Origin: Saccostrea echinata
Taxonomy: Eukaryota
Direction: 5' to 3'
NCBI RefSeq assembly: GCF_033153115.1
Contig: NW_026889778.1
Location: 1,364,001 to 1,428,000 of the forward strand
Length of the DNA stretch: 64,000 nucleotides
A program made the translations under genes and the position numbers. Below are positions 10,678 to 22,818 of the stretch, one piece after another (the stretch's first letter is position 1; the number at the start of each line of letters is the position of its first letter). Below the pieces are notes generated by a model. That model searched no databases, was not told the DNA's origin, and was given only the letters and a program-made list of their open reading frames with translations.

Positions 10678-11760
10678 CTATAATCTGTCTGAGGTGGTAC
10701 TTGGAGCAGTTTGTGTTGGTAGACTTGAGACTGGTACTTGGAGCAGTTTGTGTTGGTAGACTTGAGACTGGTACTTGGAGCAGTTTGTGTTGGTAGACTT
10801 GAGAATGGTACTTGGAGCAGTTTGTGTTGGTAGACTTGAGACTGGTACTTGGAGCAGTTTGTGGTGGTAGACTTGAGACTGGTACTTGGAGCAGTTTGTG
10901 TTGGTAGACTTGAGACTGTTACTTGGAGCAGTTTGTGTTGGTAGACTTGAGACTGGTACTTGGAGCAGTTTGTGTTGCTGTGGGTTTTGTGGTCCCCTGT
11001 GTCCTTCTCTTGAGAGGGCAGTTAACGCTCCAGTGGCCGAAAGCGTTACAGTAGAGGCACTGGTCTGGCTGGACTTTGAAAGAGGTAGATTGTGCACCAT
11101 TGGAATTGAAGTTCCTTTGGTAGGGTGACAATCTAGAGGGTTGAAATTTGTTGCGATAGCTGCGAAAAGGATTATTATAGTTGTTCTTTTCAAATTTTTT
11201 GCGTTTTGCCCTCTGCTCGGCCTGATGCAAGCGTTGGTTGTCCTCGGAATTGTCAGTAATTGGGCCATCTTTGTATTCTCTGGCGACGTCCCATCCATAT
11301 TTGTCAGCAATTCGTATGACCTTTTTTGATCTTTTTGATCTTTGATTTTACTAATAGAATCTGTAATCAATTTCTCTATGCCAACAAGATCACCACGTTC
11401 AATAAGTTTTTGTATGTTTTCAAAATTAAACTGTAATTCTGATAGAAAAAGAAACCTCTCTTTGTGATGAGCCAACTTAAAATCAAGATTCTTATCTTTG
11501 TGATGAGCCAACTTAAAATCAAGATTCTTATCTGCTATTGTTGAAATTGATGTCCTTGACTCTAGTTCCTTTAAGATGGTCTTCTTGTTCTCTGCAAGAG
11601 CTGTATCCAATTTATATGCAAATAACTGGTAAGCTTCAGCATTGGATAAGTCGGCATTACCAGACTGGACAAATGGCCCTCCTGCAGAAGCTCGTGCAGG
11701 TGGACTGCCACGGTCTACATGAGCACGTGGGGAATGGCGAGAATCACCAGAGTCAGACAT
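10678..11760 (-). pseudogene. gag-like ORF1 with CCHC zinc knuckle; 1-nt deletion in an A-run near 11325
   Basis: MSDSGD..KDQK, frameshift, KVIRIADKYGWDVAREYKDGPITDNSEDNQRLHQAEQRA..CLYCNAFGHWSVNC (CX2CX4HX4C); 36-bp in-frame duplication DKNLDFKLAHHK x2 at ~11460-11533. Confidence 0.82.
10696..10977. repeat. 37-bp minisatellite, 7 full copies plus 23 bp, at the gag 3' end
   Basis: GGTACTTGGAGCAGTTTGTGTTGGTAGACTTGAGACT head to tail with no spacers. Confidence 0.97.
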
Positions 11761-11926
11761 CAGGAAAACTAGTGAGTCGTTGGCTAACTTTTGTCAAGTG
11801 ATTACAAAAACCGATTCTAAAATTTAAATACCCTAAACCGAATGCCTGCAAATTACTACGATAAACAAAATAGTGCCCCTTAATATTACGAACATCACAA
11901 ATAATTCAAATACCCGATACTTGAAA

Positions 11927-12021
11927 GCGTTACTGGCCTAGTGGAACCAGCGGAAGCTCTCAAAGCCAAAGGCCCCGGTTTAAATCCACTGAGGAACACC
12001 CATCTTTTTTACTTTTTTTTT
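11927..12021 (+). ncRNA. tRNA-derived (Glu-CTC-like) Pol III-type unit inside the YR element, antisense to gag
   Basis: A box TGGCCTAGTGG 11934-11944, GCTCTCA, B-box-like GGTTTAAATCC 11977-11987 at tRNA spacing, then T6 and T9 runs; cloverleaf stems pair poorly. Confidence 0.5.
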
Positions 12022-12050
12022 AAAAAACGAAAAGAAATTTATTGTAGTTA

Positions 12051-12174
12051 TGTACAGAGTTTAACAAATTGAATACACCCGTGAAACGTAAACTGTTTTT
12101 GTAAACAGGCACGAGCTCTCTTGTTGTTAATGTTTACGTTTCACCGGGTGTGTTCAATTGTTAAACTCTGCACA
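12051..12174. repeat. ~40-bp-arm hairpin adjacent to the right ITR
   Basis: CAGAGTTTAACAAATTGAATACACCCGTGAAACGTAAAC .. GTTTACGTTTCACCGGGTGTGTTCAATTGTTAAACTCTG. Confidence 0.9.
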
Positions 12175-12177
12175 CAC

Positions 12178-12402
12178 CACTGAGCACGGACTGACAATAC
12201 TGGTGAGAGGATTTTGCTTTCTACATTTCTACTCTGAAATTTCTGCTTTATAGTTTTAATATTTTTCATTAATAAACAACAAAATTGCTACTTTTCTAAA
12301 GTAATAGGGATAAAGTTAAAATTTGTGAAGTACAAGGATGTATCTATCAATGTCCAGAAATTCGAAGTTTCAATAACTTCCAGATAAGATAAGATTTTTA
12401 TC
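12178..12402. repeat. Right (5') inverted terminal repeat of the YR retroelement
   Basis: Reverse complement of 5393-5620. Confidence 0.93.
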
Positions 12403-12800
12403 AAATTTTCGTATGAAATGCTATAGCAACATATAAGTCATGAAATTATTCAGAAAATTTGAGTAAATATTAATTTAAAATCTGTGTCCAAACACCTTTA
12501 ACACATGGATGGATATTATCAGCCAAAGATATCACCGTGATTCAGGACTTTGATTATTACTGCAATCCGGGACAGTCGCATTTAACCGCTTTCAATTTAA
12601 TATTTTGTGAAAAGATCGGAACTTTCTGTAATACCCTATGTTTGCTGGAGCAAAAGATATTTGCAGACGGGACTTACATTGGCTATTCGGTAAATATTTT
12701 TTCCCTTAAATTTTCATTCATTATATTCAATGACACATTTATCATAGTTGATTTAATGAGGATTTAACCCCCTTCCTCTTCCACACAAACAGGTTTACAC

Positions 12801-14092
12801 CAGGGATGGGGTAATTGAAAAAAGTAATTGTAATTGACTGTAATTAATTACATTTTTTGAAGTAATTGGAAGTAATTTGTAATTGAACATTTTTTTAATT
12901 ACTTGTAATTTAATTAATTACACTGAACAAATACCAAGTAATTTCAATTACTTTTTCAATTACATTCAATTACTTTATATAATACACATTCATGATATAT
13001 TCATGATATATCGTCACCACTACCTCCCCATTTTACTGGTTTTTATTTTATTGTTAAACATACCCTCGATCCTTCAATTATACAAAATCTTAGGTTAATT
13101 AATGCTTACAAAAAAATAATTAAATGATTGGCTTGATAATGATAAACTAGTTTCTTTCTAATCATTATGTAAATTTTGAATTCTTTGATCTATGTTTATA
13201 AATATGAATTTTGAACCACCCTTCTTAGGTCTATTCAGCTATGAAACACACATTTATTATATTTCAATCTTTGTTTTTTGATCAATAATAAAGAAAAAGA
13301 AGGTGTTTGTCATTAATTAAGTTATCTCTTGTTGGGAAGAGATAATTGCCCTCCAGATCATGGCTTTAAATTGCAATCAAAACAAATCAACTCCTCTAAA
13401 GAGATATTCATTCCATGATTTAAAAGACAAAGCCAATGGAGATAATTATTTCAATTTAAAATGCTCCCCTAGCTTTAGAAATTAAAAACTTTCAATTTGA
13501 TAATTATTTTAACATCTAAACAGATTTTTATGAATGAATTTTCTATCTGTACAATTCTGATTTATGAAGTAAAATTGTTCAACATAAATAGGAATTTAGG
13601 ATGTTCAGGTTACCTTCAAAGGAAATATTTAATTTGAGGGGTTACAGTTGCGACTCATTTCACTCTATTAAAATACTCACTTTTAATCAAATATCATAAG
13701 CCATGCAATTTGTGTACTTGTAGGTTTTGTGTGGTGGAAACTGCATCAAACTGATCTCGGATAGTTCTTTAAGAGATTCTTATTGTTTTGTAATTAATGT
13801 TATAAATTAAACCAGAAGGATACACAATGCCTATAGCATATTATTTCTTGTATTATTTGTGCAGAGGCTGAGCTTATATACAAATAAATGATGTTCTGAC
13901 AAGGATTAAAAAAATTTTCAAAAAATTAAAAATGTAATTTGTAATTTAATTAATTACTTTTGCAAAGTAATTGTAATTTAATTAATTACATGTCTTAGAA
14001 AGCCTGTAATTTAATTGTAATTTAATTGAAGAAAAAGTCAAAGTAATTGTAATTTAATTAATTACTTTTTAAAGTAATTGACCCCATCCCTG
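12801..14092. mobile_element. Non-autonomous hAT element
   Basis: TIR CAGGGATGGGG..CCCCATCCCTG, perfect 8-bp TSD GTTTACAC, many subterminal GTAATT repeats. Confidence 0.92.
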
Positions 14093-15251
14093 GTTTACAC
14101 CTAAAACAAGGCTTAATCTGATTTGTGTCTTGTTTTACTGTTGTTGTGACGACTTTTATGAATTGCCGGAGGAACAAGTAGGAAAATGAGGCAAAGTTAA
14201 AATGCCACTTTGCCATTTTGTTATTTTTCTTGGAAAACGAAAGTAGGACTAATTTGGCTTGGGGTAATTAAACTGGAGTCTTGGCGTCATGGAGTGGATT
14301 AGTCCAACTTGCTGTAGAATGCCACTATTGTAATGTAACTTAACTAACTGCTCTGGTACGAGTGGAAATTAATTACTTCATCATTTTAAAGTTATGCACT
14401 GCTTCACTGATAGTCCCTTATACACGTGTATTATACCTGAAACACCTGATTATTCTTTAAACATATAAAGATGGATATTTCGTATCAATTTATTGACAAA
14501 TCAATAGGAGTGGATCTAGTATTTTGTATGAAGCGAGGGAGCGTGAGGCAAACTAAAATGGACAGGGCTTTTGCATCCTTCCACGGCAGTCTGAGACGGG
14601 AAAGAGAAATCAATAGCATTTTCCATGTTATGTGGTTGCTAAACTATTTATTTTTTGATGTATCTATTGATATTTCTGCTTTTGAAGTCAATAAATGTAT
14701 TGCTGATGACACTAAAAGAGTGTTAAAGACAAGTAAAGACTTTAACACAAGTAAAGACTTCAGATCTGTGATGCAGAAGTATGTCAACAACTTATCACCA
14801 GATCTACACAAAGTGGTCATACACCTTGAAACAGATGATGGAACCTGTTCTGATCGAGTGTTAGTCCAATACTATGTTGATGTTGAGCCACATTCATTTC
14901 ATGTCATTAAAATGGTAAGAATTCTAGAAAGTACTAAAGCACAAAAGACAATGCGAAGCTGAGAATTAAATCACTTTTGAGTGATTGAGAGAAGAAACCA
15001 AGAGACATCTTCTGTAGCATTTTAGAAGGACGGTGGGTATAAAAAACACACAAGGAGCAGCATGCATTCCAAGAAGCAAAAACGAATAAAAATTGTGCAA
15101 AACGAAATGTTAATAACACCCGTGAGAAAAATTTACTTCAGAGAACTATATGTTACTATAGTTAAAATGTTTTAAATGTCAACAAGTTTTGTTTTAAACA
15201 TTCATCATTACATGAAAACTTTTTGCGTGTTCTGTTAGGGATTTAAATTGA

Positions 15252-15506
15252 TTGATAGATTGATTGTATGTTGTTTTACGTCCCGTTCGAGAATTTTTCA
15301 CTCATATAGAGACGTCACCATATACCGGTGAAGGGCTTCATATTTAGACCTTTACTCGGTGCTCAGGACCATTGCGCAGTGAGGATTCTTTATCGTGAAT
15401 ACGCCTACCGTGACACGGGGCCTCGGTTTTTAAGGTCTCATCCGAAAGACCCGCAACTTTCACTTTAAAATGCCGAGCGCTTGGCGAAGGAACAGCTGCT
15501 ACCTAT
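15252..15506 (-). mobile_element. tRNA-SINE subfamily A, 5'-truncated
   Basis: Matches 39128-39471; 13-bp TSD GGATTTAAATTGA; (CAAT)n tail. Confidence 0.88.
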
Positions 15507-16211
15507 GGATTTAAATTGAAGTATGAACTCTAGAAGCATCGAAAAGCTTTGAACGCCCGACATTCAATTGTCAACTACAATTGTTTCATTGCTATAGAGA
15601 ACCAATGATGATCGGGCCAGTTTTAATTTATCAGAAGAAAAACTTCGATAGTTACTTCAAACTTTCGCTATCAATTCTCTAAGTTTCTCCAGAAATGAGA
15701 AATTTAAAGATTTTTGGAACAGATGGAGAAAAAAAAACTTGTCAGATGCCTCTGAAGTTGTTTCCCTTACGCAAACTTCTCTTGTGAGACATCATAGAGA
15801 GAAAGCTGAAGGACCTAAGAATAACAAAGACCAAATCAAAGGAATATATTAGGACATCTTGGAAAAGTAACCAATTAAACATAAATTAAAGGACTCGCGT
15901 TGAGTTTCGGGAATTTGACAGTCAAATAGAAAATTTGTAGAGTGAATGGAAGTCAACATATTCAAAAGTGTAACATTTCTTAGTGACTTTCTAGAATAAT
16001 CAAGAATTAAATATTGCTGATTTCCGTAGCCTTTCGGGACTTGGATACCCAAAAGACATTTCCATCAATAATGGATGTGAGTGTATGAACTCCGTGAAGA
16101 GGACCGCCAAAAAGATCATCATCGAAAATTGAAATTGGGTGAAAAGTATTTTGATCTCTTGTTTATAAAAAAAAATCAAATATCAAGAATTTGAAGTAAA
16201 AATTGCCTTAA

Positions 16212-16433
16212 GGAGGCTGGGGGGGGGGGGGGGGGAGGTTTCAACAAATTAACCATCAAATATGTCTTAATTTTTTAGGTATGATATCTTAAGCTGTCAA
16301 CTTTCATTTGGCAAAGAAAAATTTCATAAATTTTAGTTTTAAAATTTGATCATTTTTTGTTTATCTTTATATGGAGCTCTTCTTCTAAAGGAGATCAATA
16401 TAGTCTGAAAATGGCCACAACCCCCCAGCCTTC
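16212..16433. mobile_element. Kolobok-like MITE
   Basis: TTAA TSD; TIR GGAGGCTGGGGGG..CCCCCCAGCCTTC. Confidence 0.75.
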
Positions 16434-18388
16434 TTAAACAGGAATGAGGGAATAAAGAATCAAATAAGATATCAGCATTGTGAAATTTTAAACAAAGTAA
16501 CTAATATTCCTTTTCAAATTTTAGAAAACATTTTTGAAGATGCAAAATTAGTAAATCACTTAAACTATTGAATTGCTCTAAAGCCATGGTATGTTGATAC
16601 TTCTATTTTATGCTGAATAGTACACAATCAGTGATCTCTTAAAATTGTATGAATCAAACTGCGCAAAGGTGATTACCTATAAAGGAGTCATTGAAACAAA
16701 GTTTGTGGTCACATAGTCGCAGCATCTGTTTTTGTGATGTTCCTTCAGTCTATATAGAACAATATAGACTGAAATATTTTAATACTCCTGACAAAACCTA
16801 AGGGAAATATGATTAAAAGGTCTAAACAATAAGCAAAATAAAGATGTCCAGATTTAGGAAACACCTCATAAAATCATACAAAGCAATCCTTGACATTTTA
16901 AGCAGATTAAATTTAAAAAAATGTGGTGGCTTTGGCAAACTGTTTTCAGATGCACTACAAATTCCATCAAATGATCTTCTTCATTGATTTGATGGAAAAT
17001 ATTTAAGACCAATTTAAAAAATCTTAATACTGATCTTTGTAGAAGACAATGTCCCGAGGTATCATTATTCATTCCGAGAAAAAGTTTCTAATATTTCAGG
17101 AAAACAAAGATGTTATTAACCTACCCATATAGTGTATGGAATATGTACGTAAGTGATAGAAAAATATACAAATTACATTATACCAGAAATTTGTGGGAAA
17201 TTTCATGTTTCAAATCCCTTTTATTTTTAAGGAAACAATTTTAAGCTATTTCACTTTATATCAGACTTGTTAAAGTTTCTGATTTTTATGCATGTTAAAT
17301 TTCTCCATTTGAATGAAAACAACTCTCAGAGATTCATCAGTGTGAGTACACAAAGAATATAAGTATCTCTAATGCTTCCAAATCCAATTTTCAATAAATT
17401 TTAAATTTCATTAAAAAGTGTCTTTTTAAATAAATATGTTAATAATTCTTGACAATTAAATTTACAACATTGCTTTTTCTGTTTGACTGTAACGTTTTTA
17501 CTATGTACAAATGATTATTAATTGGATCCGCTTAGGTTTCCTTCCTAAGAATCACGCATGTTAACACAATGTAAAATCAAAACAAACTTCAATAATATCA
17601 ATGACACTAAAAGAGCAAATGACTGAAATCCACTATTTATACTTTTCCTTAGGTCCTATCTGGATAATGATTGGTAACAAAACAAAAACGAACTACAACA
17701 AGAGAATCGCCTATAATTTTATCAGTGATATCAGTGATTAAATCTAAAACCTTATCTCTGTAACTGTAGACTGAGTGGTTTAACTAACAATTCTGTTGTT
17801 TCCTGACAGTCTGCAACTACCTGAAATGTCACTGAGACACCTTTATTATTTTAAAGTCACCAAGACACAATCTAAAGGCACCAAGACACTAGTCACTGAG
17901 ACACTAAGGAATTAGATTCCTGAGCTGAGTGGTCTGAGTAACAATTCTGTTGTTTCCCGACACAGCCAAAGAATGTTACTCCAGCAATGAACAACAACCA
18001 AGTAAAAGAAAACTAAATGGGTGTCAGTATTTATACCTTTTATCCAAGCCTAATAACTACTGATTAGTTAATAATTGGTAAGCTCTGATTGGCTGTAATG
18101 TAAACGTTGATTGGCTAAATATAAAGTGATTCGATTGGATGATTCCAGGCACTTTCAATCCACTATGATTATTCAATTTCATTATATGACACAGTCTGAT
18201 AACTGAAAATATATATATATTAACATGCTGTACCATGTTACCTTTCACAAAATCAACATTGATTTCTATACAATGTTTATATATAATGTAAAATGAAACA
18301 AAATGTTTAATCTCCACATGATTTTTTTTATACAATGTTCATTTAATTTCAGCAGATTGTATACCTAACGAACTAGACCATCCACATC

Positions 18389-20071
18389 ATGTATACACCT
18401 AGATTCAGTACCAAGTGTAAAGTACGGCAGTGTTCTAAGTGTCAGGGGTGTACAGACTTCTACTGTAACACTTGTGAACAAGACCTGTGTCTACAGTGTA
18501 AAGAGAGACATGTTATTGATCTAGATACCATATACCACGATGTTGTGTTTTACCGTGAGAAATATGACTACATCCCGAAACAAGAGACCTGTGTGAGACA
18601 TCCAGATAGAATCTATAAAATGTTCTGTTACTCATGTGCACTTCCTGTCTGTGTCAAATGTAAAGAACACAAAAAACACAAACACCAAATACTGGACATT
18701 ATAACAGCCTATAAAATAAAACGTCAACACCACAGAGAAATCATTCACAAGATCAGAAGTGAAACTCTATATAACAGCTGTTTTCTGCTGGCAGGAATCA
18801 AAGTTGATGTGAAAGCTTGTCAGACAGAAATCTCTAACCGTCAATCAGAGATGTCAGTCAAAGCCCGGAGACTAAAGGACCTCATTGACACTGTAATATG
18901 TGATGTTAAAATAAGATATAAAAATATCATTTTGTTTCAAAGAATACAAAAACAAAAGAGAAAAATTAATAGAAATATTGCATTTGTAGAGAACTATGAT
19001 CACAGATCTGAACACTTGGCAAACAGACCGGTAAAGTTACTCTATTTCCTAAAGAGAATCCGTGTCCCAAAGAAAAATGACACTCCAAACCTTACACATC
19101 ACGCTCTTCTCTCAGTGTCAGAGGAAATCAGCATGGAGGATGTGACTAATTTACTAAGGGAAATTCAAATCATTGAGACAGGGAAAAGACAATTAAAAAA
19201 TGAATGTCTTCTGAAACTGATGTCCACACCCATGTTACAAAGATCTGTCACTGTGAAGGGTGTTTGTGAATTTGTGACACATATTTCCTGTGTGACGTCA
19301 GACCTGGTTTGGATCAAAGATTTCGAAAACAATCTCATCCTGACAAACACTGAAGGTGTAACATTACATCATCTGACAGATACAGGCAGTTATGGAGCTG
19401 GAGGACACACAGTGAATAATACTGGTGATCTGATATACATAGACTGGTATTATAGAATCAACAAACTATCTAAAGATACCAGAAAAAAGTCCACACTGAT
19501 GAAAAACACACAACAATGGATACCAGTCTCTATCTACTGCTCCCCCTCCAACGGAGATCTACTGGTCGGGATAGAGTATACTAATACAGATACAGGCAAG
19601 GTAGAACGGTATAACAACATAGGACAACTTATACATACAATGCAACACAACAGCGCAGGTCAGAAACTGTATAATACACCCGCATACATCACAGAGAACC
19701 GCAATGGAGATGTTATTGTGTCTGACTGGGGTCATAATGCTTAAGTAGTAACAGATCGTGGAGGGAGACATCGCTTCTCCTACACAGGACCTCCTTCAGG
19801 ATCACGACTATCACCATATGGAATCTGTACTGACGCGCTGTCACACATCCTGGTGTGTGATTTGGATAACGACTCAATACAGATAATTGACAAGGACGGT
19901 CACTTCCTGTCATCGATTCAGATACATGTACCACAAGAAGGGATAGGTAGACCACGGAGCTTGAGTTATGATGACAAAACTCATCTTCTCTTTGTTGGAT
20001 CATACAGCGACAAAGTGTGTATATACAGGTACATAGAGAGGCACAACTATTTGACGGATGATATTTGTTAG
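18389..20071 (+). pseudogene. RING-less TRIM-like protein (2 B-box, coiled coil, NHL-type propeller), copy 1; single in-frame TAA at 19742-19744
   Basis: B-box motifs CSKC..YCNTCEQDLCLQCKERH and CVRH..CYSCALPVCVKCKEHKKH; NHL-like PAYITENRNGDVIVSD; frame continues past the stop as VVTDRGGRHRFSYTGPPSGSRLSPYGICTDALSHILVCD..; acceptor TTTCAGCAG at 18347-18355. Confidence 0.88.
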
Positions 20072-20348
20072 TTGTTATGTTTATATCCGTACACAAGGAC
20101 TACCTGTGTCCGTCAGAAAAAAATATATTGTATCTGAGAAAACTGCAGTCTAAAAGTGGAGATCACGCCCCTAATCCAAACAATGAATTGTAACAACATG
20201 ACGAAATAATTGCGATCTTAGACAAATTCAAGACAGTGTTACAGAGATAGCTATTCAATTGTTAATTGTTTGCTTACAAAATAGTAAAACATGTGGTCTC
20301 AGAAATTCCGCTAGAATTGAAAAATGAACTGAGAATAAAAAGGAAATA

Positions 20349-20522
20349 CAGTGAAACACGCTTATAACAAAATGCCAGGGCCGGACGATTTTGCTTCGTT
20401 ATGAGCGTAATTCGTTATACCAATTAAAATTTCAATATATTTTAAATTGACAGGAAATGAAAATCTCTTCGCTGTAAGCTTCAATTCTTTATGAGCATGT
20501 TCGTTTTCAGCGTGTTTTACTG
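20349..20522. mobile_element. Tc1/pogo-type MITE
   Basis: TA TSD; TIR CAGTGAAACACGC..GCGTGTTTTACTG. Confidence 0.8.
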
Positions 20523-21679
20523 TAATTTAAGAGATAAAACAGGATTTTGAAAAAGGTATTAAAAACAAAGTTAAGGAAGAATTTGTGGAGAAAATGGAGA
20601 AAACATAAAAAGAATTCAAAACACAAACATTTTTTTTAAAAGATATTTCAGACGGATTTAATTTTGATTTGCACACACATCGAGAAAAACTCATTGTATA
20701 TTAGATCTTATATTAGATCTTAGAAAGAATTTAGATCTTTGCAGGAACAACTAAAATTACCGGTATGTGAAATATCAGGATCAGTAATTACCCTTCCAAA
20801 TCAAAACCAGCAATCATCCCAGAAGATCGTCAACTTTAAGATCAAATTGATAAACTGGACGGAAGAGAAAAAAAGAGAACCTTAAACAAAAAAAGTGCAT
20901 AACATTTAAAAAGTGGACATGGTGGACCCTGGAGATGTCCTGGAGATCCATCGGATTTCAGGGGTATATGGAAAAGGACCACGTCATGTGATCGCAAATC
21001 TCGTACCACGGGGTTAAGCTCAATGTCAACAAAACGTTTTCAGAGGGATCCTTGAATTCACTGTGTGGAAAAGTGTTTACAATGGACGAAGAAGGAATTT
21101 GTCACAGATTTGATATTTTGTACCACGTGTCTGTAATTTGAAACGACACTGAATAATTCAAATATGCAGCGGAGTCGACTTTTTTGTAAATGTGAGATCG
21201 GGCTCGTGATCCTATTTGGATGTTGTTGTTTTTTTGTGTAAGTGTGTTGGTGAGTGTGTGAAGCACACTTGGCTGAACAGACAGTTTTTATTTGCACAGC
21301 ATTCACCAACCTGCTTCCACCTATACTTACGTAAAATATTATTAAGTTTTGTTTTGTTAAATGTTCAATATTGAAATAAGTACGTAATAGTAAAACAATG
21401 AAATTTATTCAATTTGTAATTCTATTTTTTATGAGCTATGCTATTGTAAAAAAACCCCATTATTTTCAAGTATGTACTTTAGATTTTAATATATAAATAA
21501 CTCTTTTTGTATAATATTGGTGTGCAAATATATCAAGTGACTAGGAAATAATAAATACAGTGTTATGAAAAAGTTAACATTAAGGAAGTTCAATAATTGC
21601 CTTAACTTCTGTAACAGGCATATCAGTATATGCCACATTACACATCTGGGTCACCCGAATGTTTTCCCTCTTTATTACA

Positions 21680-22040
21680 AAAAAACATATTGAGCCTATA
21701 TTGTGGCCCTAACCTAGCCTCAAGAGGTTATGATATAACCATGCTTGAATCAACACACATTAGATTGTTTCAATATCAATATGATAAGCATGGCGCTGAT
21801 GTTTTCATTGAAGTGGCCTTTTTAGTTTTATGGTTTGTTTTTGTCTTTTTGTTTTAGTAAACGTGCATTATTTGAAATCAATTTGAAAGTATGACCAAAG
21901 TGTCCATGAATTATTTATATAAAACCTTGTTTAATTTTGATCCCCTTTGTGATCAAACCCTACCCCAAGGGGCTGTCATTAACAAACTTGAACCTATATG
22001 CCCCGAGAATGCTTCTATATTCATATGACTAATCATTGCC
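21680..22040. repeat. Decayed Helentron-associated ~166-bp satellite monomers
   Basis: TTGTGGCCC..ACCCC..AACAAACTTGAA motifs shared with 38948-41107. Confidence 0.6.
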
Positions 22041-22232
22041 TCAATTTTATTCCTTATTTATAGATTTTTGTGTATCGGCAAACATTCAAACTGTATCCTG
22101 ATTACAGAATGAGCTGTTGCATGATTAAATTATCATAGTGATATTCAAGTACTCACTTCATTGTAATTTGTGACGGTTTACATACATGATTAATTACTAC
22201 GGAAGAGTACTCCATTTATATTTCTGTTTTAA

Positions 22233-22818
22233 GGACGACGGACCTAATTCGAAATTTCGAGTCAATGCGCAGAAAACCGCGCATATGCCTTGAATCAAAT
22301 TGACTTAATTATGTATTGCAAAAGATAAAAAAATATACATTTTTAATTCTTTTAGAGATATTCTCTCAATTCAAAAATATTGTAAATATTTCGATTTATA
22401 TTCATTTGTTAATTTTATAAATACATGATTTATTTGGCCAAGGTATTTTCATTGAAAATTTCCCCCAAAATGTGCTATACACCTGCGTTTGACACCCCCC
22501 TCTGAAAAATCTAAGCCGATGAGCCATTTATTTTTTGCTGGTAAATTGTCGAGTTAACATTGTCCTTTAATAGGAATAAAAATTCTATTGCAGAATTTTT
22601 TTCAATGATTACTCTTATACCCTACAGTGGTAATTCCCATTACTTCCTATAGTAATTATCGATTTCCATCTCCAACTTTTGAAACGCTCCCCATTAAAAA
22701 TCTAGATCGATGACCATGTGATTTCTTTTTATTGATTTTAACTCAAGAAAATTCACTTTACCTCATATTAAAATTTGAATAAAAAATGTATAGCAGAAAT
22801 GAATTAGGTCCGTCGTCG
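22233..22818. mobile_element. Kolobok-like non-autonomous DNA transposon
   Basis: TTAA TSD; TIR GGACGACGGACCTAATTC..GAATTAGGTCCGTCGTCG. Confidence 0.85.

Larger units (their letters stand above)
5393..12402 (-). mobile_element. DIRS-like tyrosine-recombinase retrotransposon with inverted terminal repeats (degenerate copy)
   Basis: Domain order gag(CCHC)-RT-RNaseH-MT-YR on the minus strand, bounded by ~230-bp inverted repeats. Confidence 0.93.
14650..17150 (+). pseudogene. Highly decayed Mutator-like (MULE/SWIM) transposase relic, interrupted by a SINE and a MITE
   Basis: Fragments VLVQYY, PMMIGPVLI..QKKNFDSYF (~15600), NNGCECMNS (~16070), CGHIVAA (~16705); many stops and frameshifts. Confidence 0.5.

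Noticed and set aside
10696-10977. CRISPR array (37-bp repeats near an RT and an integrase)
   Set aside because: Repeats are head to tail with no spacers, there are no cas genes, and the context is eukaryotic; the same applies to the 29-bp array at 8341
11927-12000. Functional tRNA, or a UCA (Sec/opal suppressor) tRNA
   Set aside because: Acceptor, anticodon and T stems pair poorly; the TCA reading lacks U33 and the long Sec arms
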